A DNA stretch of 41,073 nt from Planctomycetaceae bacterium. GTDB lineage: Bacteria > Planctomycetota > Planctomycetia > Pirellulales > UBA1268. A model generated the notes under the pieces. The model did not search any database. It was not told the origin of the DNA and saw only the letters and a program-made list of their open reading frames with translations. How positions within the stretch are numbered: position 1 is the stretch's first letter; each line of letters opens with the position of its first letter. Of this stretch, positions 8,421-17,954 are shown one piece after another. Both the position numbers and the translations under genes were made by a program. The stretch is from contig JBJTIE010000016.1 in NCBI GenBank assembly GCA_046094845.1, forward strand, positions 1 through 41,073, in the 5' to 3' direction.

Positions 8421-9770
8421 TTAGAGCGCGCGGCGGTGCTTCTTCTTTGGCTTCCGGGCCACGGTGGCCGTGGCGTGGGCCTGGTCGCCGCGGCTGGGGC
8501 GGCGGGAGCCTTCCTGGCGGCGCTTGCCCTGCTGCCGGCGCTGCGGGCGGCCGTGGCCGGTGCCCCCGCCGGTGCGCTGGCCTCGAGGTCCGCCTGCGCT
8601 CCGCTGGCCGCGGGCGGGTTCGGCAGGCTCGGGGATCGGGCCGGCGGGCGGGGCGTTGCGCTGCGGGATCGAGCGGCGCAGGAGCCGCTCGATCGCGAGC
8701 AGCCGCGACCGCTCTTCGTTGTCGCAGAGGCTGATCGCCACGCCGGTCTGGCCGGCCCGGCCGGTGCGGCCGATGCGATGGACGTAGGTCTCCGGCTCGT
8801 GCGGCAGTTCGAAGTTGACGACGTGCGTCACCTGATCGACGTCGATGCCGCGGGCCGCGATGTCGGTCGCGATGAGGACCGGGGGGCGGGGAGACTTGAA
8901 GGCGGCGAGGGCCCGCTCCCGCTGGTTCTGCGACTTGTTGCCATGAATGGCCGCGGCCGTGATGCCCGCCTTGTCGAGATCGCGATGGAGCTTGTCGGCG
9001 CCGTGCTTCGTGCGGGTGAACACGATCACGCGGCCGGTCGCCTCCTCACGGAGCAGCTGTACGAGCTTTGCCCGCTTCTCGCTCTTGGCGATGAAGAACA
9101 CCGACTGGCTCACCGTCTCGGCCGGCGTCGCCTGCGGCGTGGTCTTCACCTCGAGCGGATCGTCGAGCATCGACGACGCCAGTTCGCGAACCTCGGCCGG
9201 GAGCGTGGCCGAGAAGAAGAGCGTCTGGCGATCGCGGGGCAGCATCGCCACGATCCGCTTCATGTCGTGGATGAAGCCCATGTCGAGCATCCGATCGGCC
9301 TCGTCGAGCACGAGGAACTCGACCGCGCGGAGGTCGACGAGCCGTTGGCCCACGAGGTCGAGGAGCCGGCCCGGCGTGGCGATCACCACATCGACGCCCT
9401 TCATCAGGGCGGCCGACTGGGGCCGCTGGCTGACGCCGCCGAAAATGACGGCCGCCTTCAAGCCGGCATGGCGGCCGTAGGCCCGGAAGCTGTCGTGGAT
9501 CTGGCTGGCGAGTTCGCGGGTGGGCGCGAGCACGAGCGTGCGGCATCGCCGCGGCGCGGCGGCGCGGCGGTCGGCGAGCATCCGCTCGATGAGCGGCAGG
9601 GCGAAGGCCGCCGTCTTGCCGGTACCCGTCTGGGCGCAGCCGAACAGGTCGCGGCCGGCGAGGACGTGCGGGATGGCCTTGGCCTGGATCGGCGTGGGCA
9701 CCGAGTAGCCCTCGGCGGCGAGGGCGCGGAGCAGCGGGGCGGAGAGCCCCAGGGATTCAAATGTGGTCAT
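8421..9770 (-). CDS. DEAD-box ATP-dependent RNA helicase (RhlE-like) with an Arg/Gly-rich C-terminal tail
   Basis: It has the Q motif (PTPIQ), motif I (AQTGTGKTAAF), motif II (VLDEADRMLDMGF), SAT, and motifs V/VI (ARGIDV, HRIGRTGRAG). Confidence 0.9.
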   Translation of the reverse strand: MTTFESLGLSAPLLRALAAEGYSVPTPIQAKAIPHVLAGRDLFGCAQTGTGKTAAFALPLIERMLADRRAAAPRRCRTLVLAPTRELASQIHDSFRAYGRHAGLKAAVIFGGVSQRPQSAALMKGVDVVIATPGRLLDLVGQRLVDLRAVEFLVLDEADRMLDMGFIHDMKRIVAMLPRDRQTLFFSATLPAEVRELASSMLDDPLEVKTTPQATPAETVSQSVFFIAKSEKRAKLVQLLREEATGRVIVFTRTKHGADKLHRDLDKAGITAAAIHGNKSQNQRERALAAFKSPRPPVLIATDIAARGIDVDQVTHVVNFELPHEPETYVHRIGRTGRAGQTGVAISLCDNEERSRLLAIERLLRRSIPQRNAPPAGPIPEPAEPARGQRSAGGPRGQRTGGGTGHGRPQRRQQGKRRQEGSRRPSRGDQAHATATVARKPKKKHRRAL

Positions 9771-9871
9771 TCACTCACGGAGGGAGTCGAAACCCTACCA
9801 TGCGTTGGTGTGCCGCACAAAAGCGGCCCGTTTCCCCCCTGCACGGCACCGGCTGCGGAGCCGGGCCGGCT

Positions 9872-10840
9872 TCAGTGTCCCGTGCCGCAGAGTTCGGCGA
9901 GCACCGCGTTGGCGTCGGCCTTGGGAATGCCGGGCGTGGAGAGTCGCGACGCCGGCGAGGCGTTGACGAGTCTTCTGCCAGTGCGATGCAAGGAGGCGGC
10001 CACGAGTTCGAACGCCGGCTCGATCGAATTCGACAAGGTGGCGTCGAGTTCGTTCGGCGCAGGGGCCTGCTCCGCGTAAAACCGCGGGCCATCGGTCAGG
10101 TCGACGCCGAACATGCCCAGCTCCTCGTAGCCGATCCCGAATAGCACCTGCACGGCCTTGTAGGCCACCGTACCGGCCGAGCCGAGGCCGCGTGACGGAT
10201 CGAGCGAGAAGACGATGCGACCCGTCGGATGCACGATCAGCTGCGGGTCGGCCGTCAGCGCCTCCAGCGTCGGTCGCGGCTGCTTGAAGGGGCGGAGCAC
10301 ATCCTCGGCCAGATAGACCGTCGTGCCGACGAGGGCGTCGGGCGTGAACTGCAGGGCCGCGAAGGCGGTCATCGGGTCGAGCACGACGGCGTCGGCCAGC
10401 CGCGTGCCGAGTCGAAACAGGTGCGGCTTATCGCGGATGAACCGGGGGTCGCTCACGATCAGATACTCGCAGCGGCATCCCAGGCGGCTTGGCAGCGACA
10501 CCGATCCGTTGACGCAGGCGACCGGCAGCTGAAACAGCCGCTCCGGACGTTCGAGCAGCGACACGCTGGGGCCGGATGCCAGGATCGCGGCCCGTGATCC
10601 ACGGCAGGCGAGGTGCGCGAGGCTGCGGGCATGCACCTCACCCCGGCCCTCCCACCGCACGATGAACCCATCGGTGGTGCGGTCGATGGACTGCCGGGGG
10701 GTGAACGCGCGGTTGTGCCACCAGCGACTGCCACGCAGCCGATACCAGATCGCCCTGGCGGCCACCGAGAGGGGCGAGCCGTCCGTGAACATGACAGACA
10801 CAGCAGAACCGTCTCCCACCGCGCCGCGAACCGCGACCAT
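9872..10840 (-). CDS. DUF115 / MptE-like family protein (putative glycosyl- or nonulosonate-transferase-like)
   Basis: The motifs AAILASGPSVSL and EYLIVSDPRF resemble the GxGPS nucleotide-binding signature of DUF115/Maf-type proteins. The assignment is by eye only. ATG 10792 is an alternative start. Confidence 0.45.
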   Translation of the reverse strand: MVAVRGAVGDGSAVSVMFTDGSPLSVAARAIWYRLRGSRWWHNRAFTPRQSIDRTTDGFIVRWEGRGEVHARSLAHLACRGSRAAILASGPSVSLLERPERLFQLPVACVNGSVSLPSRLGCRCEYLIVSDPRFIRDKPHLFRLGTRLADAVVLDPMTAFAALQFTPDALVGTTVYLAEDVLRPFKQPRPTLEALTADPQLIVHPTGRIVFSLDPSRGLGSAGTVAYKAVQVLFGIGYEELGMFGVDLTDGPRFYAEQAPAPNELDATLSNSIEPAFELVAASLHRTGRRLVNASPASRLSTPGIPKADANAVLAELCGTGH

Positions 10841-10984
10841 CGGTCCGCCGGGGCGTCGTTATATCCGACCGGCGGGGGAGCGGCACGGCGCGAGGTTCGC
10901 CCCGGCCGACATAATGCTGCACCCGGGGCCACGAGATCACATACTGGTGGACCGTTCCTCCTTCCGCCCCCCGAGAACCCCGTC

Positions 10985-11452
10985 ATGCCCGCCTTGGCCG
11001 TCGGCGACGTCGCCCCGCCGTTCACAGCTCTGCTTCAAGACGGCAGCCGCTTCGACTCCGCGAGCGTGATCGGAAAGAAGACCGTCGTCCTCTTCTTCTA
11101 TCCCAAGGACAACACGCCGGTCTGCACGAAGGAGGCCTGCGCCTTCCGCGATTCCTACGAGGCGTTTGCCGCGGCGGGGGCCGAGGTAATCGGCGTGAGC
11201 AGCGACTCGGCCGCCAGCCATCAGGCATTCGCCGCGAAGCACCGCCTGCCCTTCCCGATCATCAGTGACCATGACCGGGCCCTGCGGAAGCTCTTCGGCG
11301 TGCCGAATCCACTGGGTGTGGTTCCGGGCCGCGTGACCTACGTGATCGACAGGCAGGGCGTGATCCGGCTCGTGTTCAGCGCCCTCTTCGCATCCGACGG
11401 CCACGTCCGCAAGGCGCTCGCGGCGGTGCGGGAGGCCGCAGGGTCGCCATGA
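10985..11452 (+). CDS. bcp: Thiol peroxidase / peroxiredoxin, Bcp type
   Basis: The motifs VVLFFYPKDNTPVCTKEACAFRD and GVSSDSAASHQAFAAKHRLPFPIISD are present. The start is ATG 10985, within track ORF 10613-11452. Confidence 0.9.
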   Translation: MPALAVGDVAPPFTALLQDGSRFDSASVIGKKTVVLFFYPKDNTPVCTKEACAFRDSYEAFAAAGAEVIGVSSDSAASHQAFAAKHRLPFPIISDHDRALRKLFGVPNPLGVVPGRVTYVIDRQGVIRLVFSALFASDGHVRKALAAVREAAGSP

Positions 11453-12114
11453 AGCCCACCCGGCTCCTCGATCGATCTGCGACGCCCGACGGCACCCCGA
11501 TCACGCTCCACGAGCACGACGGAGCGCTCTCGATCCGGGTGGGCGGCGTCGAGCTGATGTCGACACGGCAGCATCACTCCGAAGAGCGGCTCGCCGAGCT
11601 CGCCTGCGCCGGCCTTCGCGACCGGCGGCGGGCGACGGTGCTCATCGGCGGCCTCGGGCTCGGGTTCACGCTCCGCGAAACGCTGCGGCACGTGGCGAGC
11701 GATGCCAGCGTCGTCGTCGCCGAGCTCGTGCCGGCGGTGATCGCCTGGAACCGCGATCCCGTTCACCGCCTGGCGGCCGACGTGATCGACGACCCACGGG
11801 TGGAGATCATCACGGGTGACGTGGCCGACGTGCTCGCCGAGAGCCGTGGCCGGTTCGATTGCATCATGCTCGACGTCGACAACGGCGCCAGCGGCCTCAC
11901 GGCGGCGGCAAACGACGCGCTGTACGTGGCGACTGGGCTCGGCGCGGTCCGGGCGGCGCTCAAGCCGCGGGGCCGGCTCGCCGTCTGGTCGGCGGGGGAC
12001 GATCGGCGGTTCGTGGCACGCATGGAGGAGGCCGGCTTCGAGGTCGAGGTCGTGAAGGCCCGCACGCATCCGACAGGCGGAAGCTGGAACTCGATCTTCA
12101 TCGGCACGAAGTAG
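11449..12114 (+). CDS. Spermidine-synthase-like SAM-dependent methyltransferase-fold protein
   Basis: The motifs VLIGGLGLGFTLRE, VVVAELVPAVI and FDCIMLDVDNG fit this fold. The ATGA start/stop overlap with bcp suggests translational coupling. Confidence 0.65.
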   Translation: MKPTRLLDRSATPDGTPITLHEHDGALSIRVGGVELMSTRQHHSEERLAELACAGLRDRRRATVLIGGLGLGFTLRETLRHVASDASVVVAELVPAVIAWNRDPVHRLAADVIDDPRVEIITGDVADVLAESRGRFDCIMLDVDNGASGLTAAANDALYVATGLGAVRAALKPRGRLAVWSAGDDRRFVARMEEAGFEVEVVKARTHPTGGSWNSIFIGTK

Positions 12115-12147
12115 GCTGCGGCTTCCGACCTCCTGTGGTGATAGTTC

Positions 12148-12277
12148 GGGGCTGCCCACGCCCCGTCGCCGGACGCTCGCTTCGGCATCCATGCCTTCGC
12201 TCGCTCGATGCTGACTACGCTTCGGCATCCTGCCTGCGCTTGTCAGCAACGCCGGCTCTCGGGGCATGGGCAGCCCC
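12148..12277. repeat. MITE/REP-like palindromic element, family A, copy 4
   Basis: The ends are GGGGCTGCCCACGCCCC (12148-12164) and GGGGCATGGGCAGCCCC (12261-12277). It lies between convergent genes. Confidence 0.8.
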
Positions 12278-12310
12278 TCACGGCGTATTCGTGGTGGAAC
12301 TGCTAGCCAG

Positions 12311-14134
12311 CTACGCGCCCGCCTCCAGCTCCTCCCAGCGGGTGAAGGCGGCGGCGAGGCGGGCTTCGAGGTCGCGGAGACGGGCCTGGTCGCGGGCCAG
12401 CAGGTCGCCGGGCTGGCGGAAGTACTCGGGCTCCGCCATCGCCGCATGCAGGCTGGCCAGCTCCGTTTCGAGCGCGTCGATCACCGCCGGCAGGCCGTCG
12501 AGCTCTCGCTGCTCCTTGAACGATCGCTTCTTCTTGGAAGCCGTCGCTTCCGTGGGCCGCTCGGGCTGCGGGGCCGCGGCAGGCCGTGGGCGGCTCGCTG
12601 GCGACGTGGACGCGGGCGAGTCCGCCTGAGAACGCTGTCGCAGCCAGTCGGTGTAGCCGCCGACATATTCTTTGACGCGGCATGTGTCGTCGCCCGCCGG
12701 CTCGAAGACGAGCGTGCTCGTCACCACGTTGTCGAGGAACGCGCGGTCGTGGCTCACGACGAGCACCGTGCCGGCGAAGTCCACGAGCCGTTCCTCGAGC
12801 ATCTCGAGCGTCTCCGCGTCGAGGTCGTTGGTGGGCTCGTCGAGCACGATCAGGTTGGCCGGCTTGGCGAAGAGCCGGGCCAGGAGCACGCGGTTGCGTT
12901 CGCCCCCCGAAAGAAACTTGACCTGCGTGCGGGTGCGGTCCGGCGTGAAGAGGAAGTCCTGCAGGTAGCCGATCACGTGTCGCGGCTGGCCGCCGATCTG
13001 CACCGTCTCGTAGCCGTCGGCCACGTTGTCGGCCACGGTCTTCTCGTCGTCGAGCTGGTCGCGGAGCTGGTCGAAGAAGGCGATCCGCAGGTTCGTGCCA
13101 AGCCGCACGGAGCCGGCCGACGGCGCGAGCTCACCGAGCATGAGCCGGAGCAGCGTCGTTTTGCCCGATCCGTTGGGGCCGATGATGCCGATGCGGTCGC
13201 CGCGCATCACCGTGGTGGACAGATCACGGATGATCGGCCGCTCACCCCGCAGGAATGACACGCCCTCCAGCGCCGCCACGAGGGCCCCGCTGCGGTCGGC
13301 CTCCTGGATGTCGAGTTTCACCTTGCCCACCGTCTCGCGGCGTTGGCCGCGTTCACGTCGCATCGCCTCCAGGGCCCGCACGCGGCCTTCGTTGCGGGTG
13401 CGGCGGGCCTTGATGCCGGTGCGGATCCAGATCTCCTCCTGCGCGAGCTTCTTGTCGAAGAGCGCGTTCTGTTTCTCCTCCGCCGCCAGCGCCTCCTCCT
13501 TGCGGACGAGGAACGTGTCGTAGTCACACGACCAGTCGAAGATCCGGCCGCGGTCGATTTCGAGGATGCGATCGGCCATCCGGCGCAGGAACGTGCGGTC
13601 GTGGGTCACGAACATGAGCGTGCCCCGCCAGCGGCCCAGGAACGCCTCGAGCCACTCGACCGCCTCGATGTCGAGGTGATTGGTGGGCTCGTCGAGCAGG
13701 AGCAGGTCGGGCTGCCCGCCCACCGCCCGCGCGAGTAGCACGCGGCGCTTCATGCCCGCCGAGAGCGACTCGAAGGCTGCGCCGCCGTCGAGTTCCATGC
13801 GTGAGAGAATTTGCGCGACGGCTTGGTCGCGCTGCCAGTCCGCCTCGGTGGCCGTCACCGGCAGTCCGGCGGCGACGATCTCGTGCACGCCGCCGGTGAC
13901 GTCCTGCGGCACGTCCTGCTGGAGCAGGGCGACCGTCGCGCCGGGGGCGACGGCCACCTCCCCGGCGTCGGGCCGGACGGCTCCGGCGAGCACCCGCATG
14001 AGCGACGTCTTGCCTGCCCCGTTGCGGCCAAGGAGTCCGATCCGCTGCCCGGCTTCGACGTGACACGTCACGTCGTCGAGGAGCGGCGGACCGCGAAACC
14101 GGAGCGACAGGTTGCGAATGGTGACGAGCGGCAT
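12311..14134 (-). CDS. uup: ABC-F family ATPase (Uup-like) with a C-terminal coiled-coil
   Basis: It has two ABC cassettes: GLLGRNGAGKTSL...LSAGMKRRVLLA...LLLLDEPTNHLD and GIIGPNGSGKTTL...LSGGERNRVLLA...LIVLDEPTNDLD. There is no TM domain. The tail is basic then helical. The likely start is ATG 14134 (MPLVTIRNL); the track ORF begins at 14191. Confidence 0.85.
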   Translation of the reverse strand: MPLVTIRNLSLRFRGPPLLDDVTCHVEAGQRIGLLGRNGAGKTSLMRVLAGAVRPDAGEVAVAPGATVALLQQDVPQDVTGGVHEIVAAGLPVTATEADWQRDQAVAQILSRMELDGGAAFESLSAGMKRRVLLARAVGGQPDLLLLDEPTNHLDIEAVEWLEAFLGRWRGTLMFVTHDRTFLRRMADRILEIDRGRIFDWSCDYDTFLVRKEEALAAEEKQNALFDKKLAQEEIWIRTGIKARRTRNEGRVRALEAMRRERGQRRETVGKVKLDIQEADRSGALVAALEGVSFLRGERPIIRDLSTTVMRGDRIGIIGPNGSGKTTLLRLMLGELAPSAGSVRLGTNLRIAFFDQLRDQLDDEKTVADNVADGYETVQIGGQPRHVIGYLQDFLFTPDRTRTQVKFLSGGERNRVLLARLFAKPANLIVLDEPTNDLDAETLEMLEERLVDFAGTVLVVSHDRAFLDNVVTSTLVFEPAGDDTCRVKEYVGGYTDWLRQRSQADSPASTSPASRPRPAAAPQPERPTEATASKKKRSFKEQRELDGLPAVIDALETELASLHAAMAEPEYFRQPGDLLARDQARLRDLEARLAAAFTRWEELEAGA

Positions 14135-14247
14135 CGAGCCCACCGGGCCGGTTCGGCCAGCCGGGCTCGTCGCTCGGAATCGATACGACACCCGCGTCCC
14201 GCAGGCGTCAGGAGGCGGCGCATGGCCGGGAGAGACAGGAGACCAAA

Positions 14248-14321
<74 letters not shown>

Positions 14322-14434
14322 GAATCGACGCGTTCGATTCTACACGCCGTTCGCCCGCGGCAACAGGCAGCGATCCAGGGCTGCGATGACGCCCATTCCG
14401 GCCATGCCCAGGCCGATTCATCGCCTCGCCCGCT

Positions 14435-15430
14435 TCATGCCGACCGCTTGAGCGGCCGCTGCGCGGTGCGGCGGCCACGCGGACGGACGAGATCATCATG
14501 CGGCTCGTCGATGCGGAGCGTGTGGCCCGACTCTTCGCCGATCGGTGCGTCTCGCAGGTCCCGGAGCTGCCGCAGCCGGTGGACCGTGCTGCCGAACTCC
14601 GCGAGTGCGACGAGGCGGCCTGCGAGCATCGGTAGCGTGCCGAGCGGGAGCCGCGCTACCGCGTCTCGCACGCCCTCCACCAGATGCGCGGCCAATGCGG
14701 CCGTGCGGGAACCGCGGCCCAGCGACCGCCAGAACAACCGCTCCGCATACAGACCCGCGCGGAACGACCGCGGCATGCTCCGCGACGTCCCGCGGATCAC
14801 GCGACATGCCTCTTCGTAGACGACCGGGAGCGGCAGGCAGCCCAGGGCCGCGGCCATGTCGGCGTCGGCCAACGCATCGCCGCAGGCTGTCGAGAAGCCG
14901 GGGCCCGCCATGTGCAAGACGTCCGTGCGCCAGAAGCCGGCCTCGAGGATCGGCCCCGACCCAGCCGCGAGCGGCTCGTCGCCCGGCCGCGGTGCCGACA
15001 GGCCGATGCGTCTGCCGCCGCGGCCGATGCGCACGCCGGCCGGCACGCCCCGATCGTCGTCGCCGCCGGTCACCAGCGCGGGCACCACCGCCGCGATGTC
15101 CTCCGCGGCGAACCGCGCCAGCGGTCGGTCGGTCCAGCCGGGCGTTGCCCGCCAGCCGGCGGCGAGCACGTGCACCACCGGCCCCTTGCTGGCGGCGATC
15201 CCGAGATTGGTGCAGGCGACGAGGCGGGCGGACGGCGGCGCCTGGATGAACACCACCTCCTCGCGAATACCCCACGGATCGTCGTAGGGGCAGGCCAGCG
15301 GCACGATGATCTCGCAGTCGGGCGGCCGGTTTTCCAGCACGCTCACGAGCGTCTCCTCGAGCGCCGCCGTGTCGGCGACCGTCGGAATCACGATGGACAG
15401 CGCAGCCGCGCGCGTCGTCTGCCCGGACAT
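14435..15430 (-). CDS. Glycosyltransferase family 2-like protein
   Basis: From ATG 15430 the product begins MSGQTTRAAALSIVIPTVADTAALEETLVSVLENRPPDCEIIVP, which is a GT-A N-terminal signature. The Arg-rich upstream part of the track ORF is discarded. Confidence 0.55.
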   Translation of the reverse strand: MSGQTTRAAALSIVIPTVADTAALEETLVSVLENRPPDCEIIVPLACPYDDPWGIREEVVFIQAPPSARLVACTNLGIAASKGPVVHVLAAGWRATPGWTDRPLARFAAEDIAAVVPALVTGGDDDRGVPAGVRIGRGGRRIGLSAPRPGDEPLAAGSGPILEAGFWRTDVLHMAGPGFSTACGDALADADMAAALGCLPLPVVYEEACRVIRGTSRSMPRSFRAGLYAERLFWRSLGRGSRTAALAAHLVEGVRDAVARLPLGTLPMLAGRLVALAEFGSTVHRLRQLRDLRDAPIGEESGHTLRIDEPHDDLVRPRGRRTAQRPLKRSA

Positions 15431-15483
15431 GCTGGCTCCCCCCAAGACCCGATCCGCATTGCGTCGCCGCACTCGGCGGCGCG

Positions 15484-15753
15484 TCAGGCAGCGGCCCGCT
15501 GCGGCTGCAGTTCCGTGAACAGGTTCACGGTGTGCAGCATCTCGCCGTCCGCGTCGTAGAACTGCAGCACGCCGACGTCGATCAGCCACATGGCGAACAT
15601 CTCGGCCACCCGGTAGCACCGGGCCACGCACCGGCCGCGATCGATGCGGATGTTCTCCTGGAGATCATCCACCTCCGCCGTCTCGATTCCCAGATTGAGG
15701 AAGTGACGACTGACGAGATCCCGAACATCACCGGCATTCATGTGCAAGCGCAT
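15484..15753 (-). CDS. Small hypothetical protein (89 aa)
   Basis: ATG 15753 is preceded by a perfect AGGAGG 9 nt upstream on the minus strand. The ORF lies immediately upstream of, and in the same direction as, the GT2-like gene. I recognise no family. Confidence 0.45.
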   Translation of the reverse strand: MRLHMNAGDVRDLVSRHFLNLGIETAEVDDLQENIRIDRGRCVARCYRVAEMFAMWLIDVGVLQFYDADGEMLHTVNLFTELQPQRAAA

Positions 15754-16003
15754 GGAAGGCAACCTCCTGTTGCGGGCTGACCGACATCCTGTCGAGCGGG
15801 CCGCGGACGGTAGCCGGGACGTTCGAACGACGAAAGAGAAGTTCGCCGACGTCCCGTATGCCGCCTGCTGCCCAGCGCCTATCGCTGACAGAAATGGCAT
15901 CGGCGGCCGGCCGCGGCGGAAATGACCCCGTCATCCACGGCCGGATCGTTCCACCAAGCCGGCAAGGTCGCCCCAGCTTGCCTGGGCGGCCCGCCCTGTC
16001 TGG

Positions 16004-16759
16004 TCACAGGCGGTTTGTCCAATCGCTGTTCCGGTACCGGTCCCCGACCAGTTGCCTGACACGGTCGAGAGGCACGTCACCGAGGCTCGCCGCACCCGTC
16101 GCGTGAAAGGCTTCCCGGACGGTCAACTCGAGCCGTCGCCGGCCGAGCCCGAGGTTGGCGATGAAGCCCGCATGCGACCGGCCCGCGCGGTACGCCGGCT
16201 CCTGGGGTGGATGCCGGAGCACGCGGCCGATCAGGTCGAGGTCGAAGGCATCGAGCAGCGTGCCGTGGTAGAGCACGCCATGCCGCTTCACCCGCAGCGC
16301 GTTGCCCGACACCTTCCGCTCGACGGCGGCATCGACGATCGCGAGGTCGCTCGTGCCCCGCCGATGAACGTCGCGGCCCGCGGCCCGCAGCGCGGCGGCG
16401 AGAGGCTCGAGCATCGCGGCGTGGATCGCCTCGAGCCCGGGGCTGCCCTCGGGATGGGGCGTGATCACCGACCACATCAGGCAGCCCGGACCGAGCACGA
16501 CCGTCAGTCCGCCGCTCGGCCGGCGCACGAGTCGCACGCCCTCCGCCGCGCAGGCGTCGGAATCGACCTCGGCTGCGATGCGGCTCGACGAACCGAGCAC
16601 CAGCGTGGGAGCCGTGGCCATCCAGGTGCGGACGATAGCGCCAGGGAGCCGTCCCTCGTGAGCCGCCTCGAGCAAGGCCTCGTCGAGGGCGAGGTTGTCC
16701 TCGACCGTGTCGAGTTCCGGGGCGAGCCAGAGCGGGCCGGACAGGTGGGGCGCTGTCAT
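16004..16759 (-). CDS. Lipoate-protein ligase / octanoyltransferase family protein (BPL_LplA_LipB domain)
   Basis: The motifs RRPSGGLTVVLGPG and ERKVSGNALRVKRHGVLYHGTLL match this family, and the Lys in the (K)VSG context is typical of LplA/LipM-type enzymes. Confidence 0.7.
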   Translation of the reverse strand: MTAPHLSGPLWLAPELDTVEDNLALDEALLEAAHEGRLPGAIVRTWMATAPTLVLGSSSRIAAEVDSDACAAEGVRLVRRPSGGLTVVLGPGCLMWSVITPHPEGSPGLEAIHAAMLEPLAAALRAAGRDVHRRGTSDLAIVDAAVERKVSGNALRVKRHGVLYHGTLLDAFDLDLIGRVLRHPPQEPAYRAGRSHAGFIANLGLGRRRLELTVREAFHATGAASLGDVPLDRVRQLVGDRYRNSDWTNRL

Positions 16760-16873
16760 GACGTTGTGTTCGTCAGCCCGGCGGAAAAGCGCGGCCGTTG
16801 GCCGTCGAGCTCTGCAGACCTACACTTCGGAGGCTCCACTCGAGTGCGTCCGCATCCTTCTCCTCGATCCACG

Positions 16874-17893
16874 ATGGCCGAACCCACCCGCCGCACCGTC
16901 ACGCAGGACGACTCGCTGCCGCCCGTCGAGCCACCGAGCGCGGCCTTTCTCGTGCAGCTGTTTCTGGTGCCGGCGATCATCGTGGGCATCATCGTAGCGG
17001 TCTGGCTGGCCTTTCACTGGCTGGCCCAGTTGGGCAACGACCCCGAAGGCTACGTGCGGACGCTGCGGCGTGCCAACGAGGGACGATGGCAGGCGGCCCT
17101 GAATCTGGCCAACGACCTGCGCGGACCCGGCGGCGGCACGTTGAAAGCCGACACGAAGCTGGCTGCCGACCTTGCCGGCATCCTCTCCGACGAGGTCGCG
17201 AGCGGCCGGCTGAAGCTCGGCGGCCATGCCGGCGAGCAGTCGCGAACGCTGTCGGGCTACCTTTGCCGCGCGCTCGGGGAATTCGCCGTGCCCGAGGCCG
17301 CGCCACCGCTCGTCGAACGGGCTCGTGACACGGGCGATCCTGAAACGGCGCGGGCGGCCGTCGAGGCCATCGCCGTGCTGACCACCAATCTCTCCGCCGC
17401 GGGCGCGGCCCTGCCCGACGCAGCCGCCGTGACCGACGCACTGCTCGCCGCCTCGCGGAGCGACGACGCCGGCCTGCGGTCGGCAGCTGCCTTCACGCTC
17501 GGCGTGGTGGGAGGGGCGGCCGCCCACGAGCGGCTGGACGTGCTGGTCGAAGATCCGGCCGACGACGTCCGCTACAACGCCGCGATCGGCCTGGCCCGGC
17601 AGGGCCGCGAGTCCGGCTACGCCACGCTGGCTGAAATGCTCGGCCTGCCGGATGCGCCTGCCGAGCCCGGAGACGAGGCGGCCCAGTCGCAGCGGTATCG
17701 CCGGGCGCTGATCGTCGTCAATGCGCTGAAGGCCGTGGGGCTGCTGGTGGACGCGGGGGCGATGCCGCCGGAGAGCATCACGCAGCCGCTCACGGAGCTC
17801 GCCGCCGATCCCGTGGGCGACGTGCGGGCCGCCGCCGCCGCACTCGCGAAAAAGATCGAGCGTGTCTCGGCCGCCGCAGGGCAGACGCGGTAG
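16874..17893 (+). CDS. Membrane-anchored HEAT-repeat protein
   Basis: From ATG 16874 there is an N-terminal TM helix (FLVQLFLVPAIIVGIIVAVWLAF). HEAT-like repeats follow (DPETARAAVEAIA, DDAGLRSAAAFTLG, DPADDVRYNAAIGLAR, DPVGDVRAAAAALA). Confidence 0.6.
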   Translation: MAEPTRRTVTQDDSLPPVEPPSAAFLVQLFLVPAIIVGIIVAVWLAFHWLAQLGNDPEGYVRTLRRANEGRWQAALNLANDLRGPGGGTLKADTKLAADLAGILSDEVASGRLKLGGHAGEQSRTLSGYLCRALGEFAVPEAAPPLVERARDTGDPETARAAVEAIAVLTTNLSAAGAALPDAAAVTDALLAASRSDDAGLRSAAAFTLGVVGGAAAHERLDVLVEDPADDVRYNAAIGLARQGRESGYATLAEMLGLPDAPAEPGDEAAQSQRYRRALIVVNALKAVGLLVDAGAMPPESITQPLTELAADPVGDVRAAAAALAKKIERVSAAAGQTR

Positions 17894-17954
17894 AATCCCG
17901 CCGCGTGTTCATTTGGTTTCGTCGTGTTTCCCCCGTCCCGATGAGGAGAGTCTG

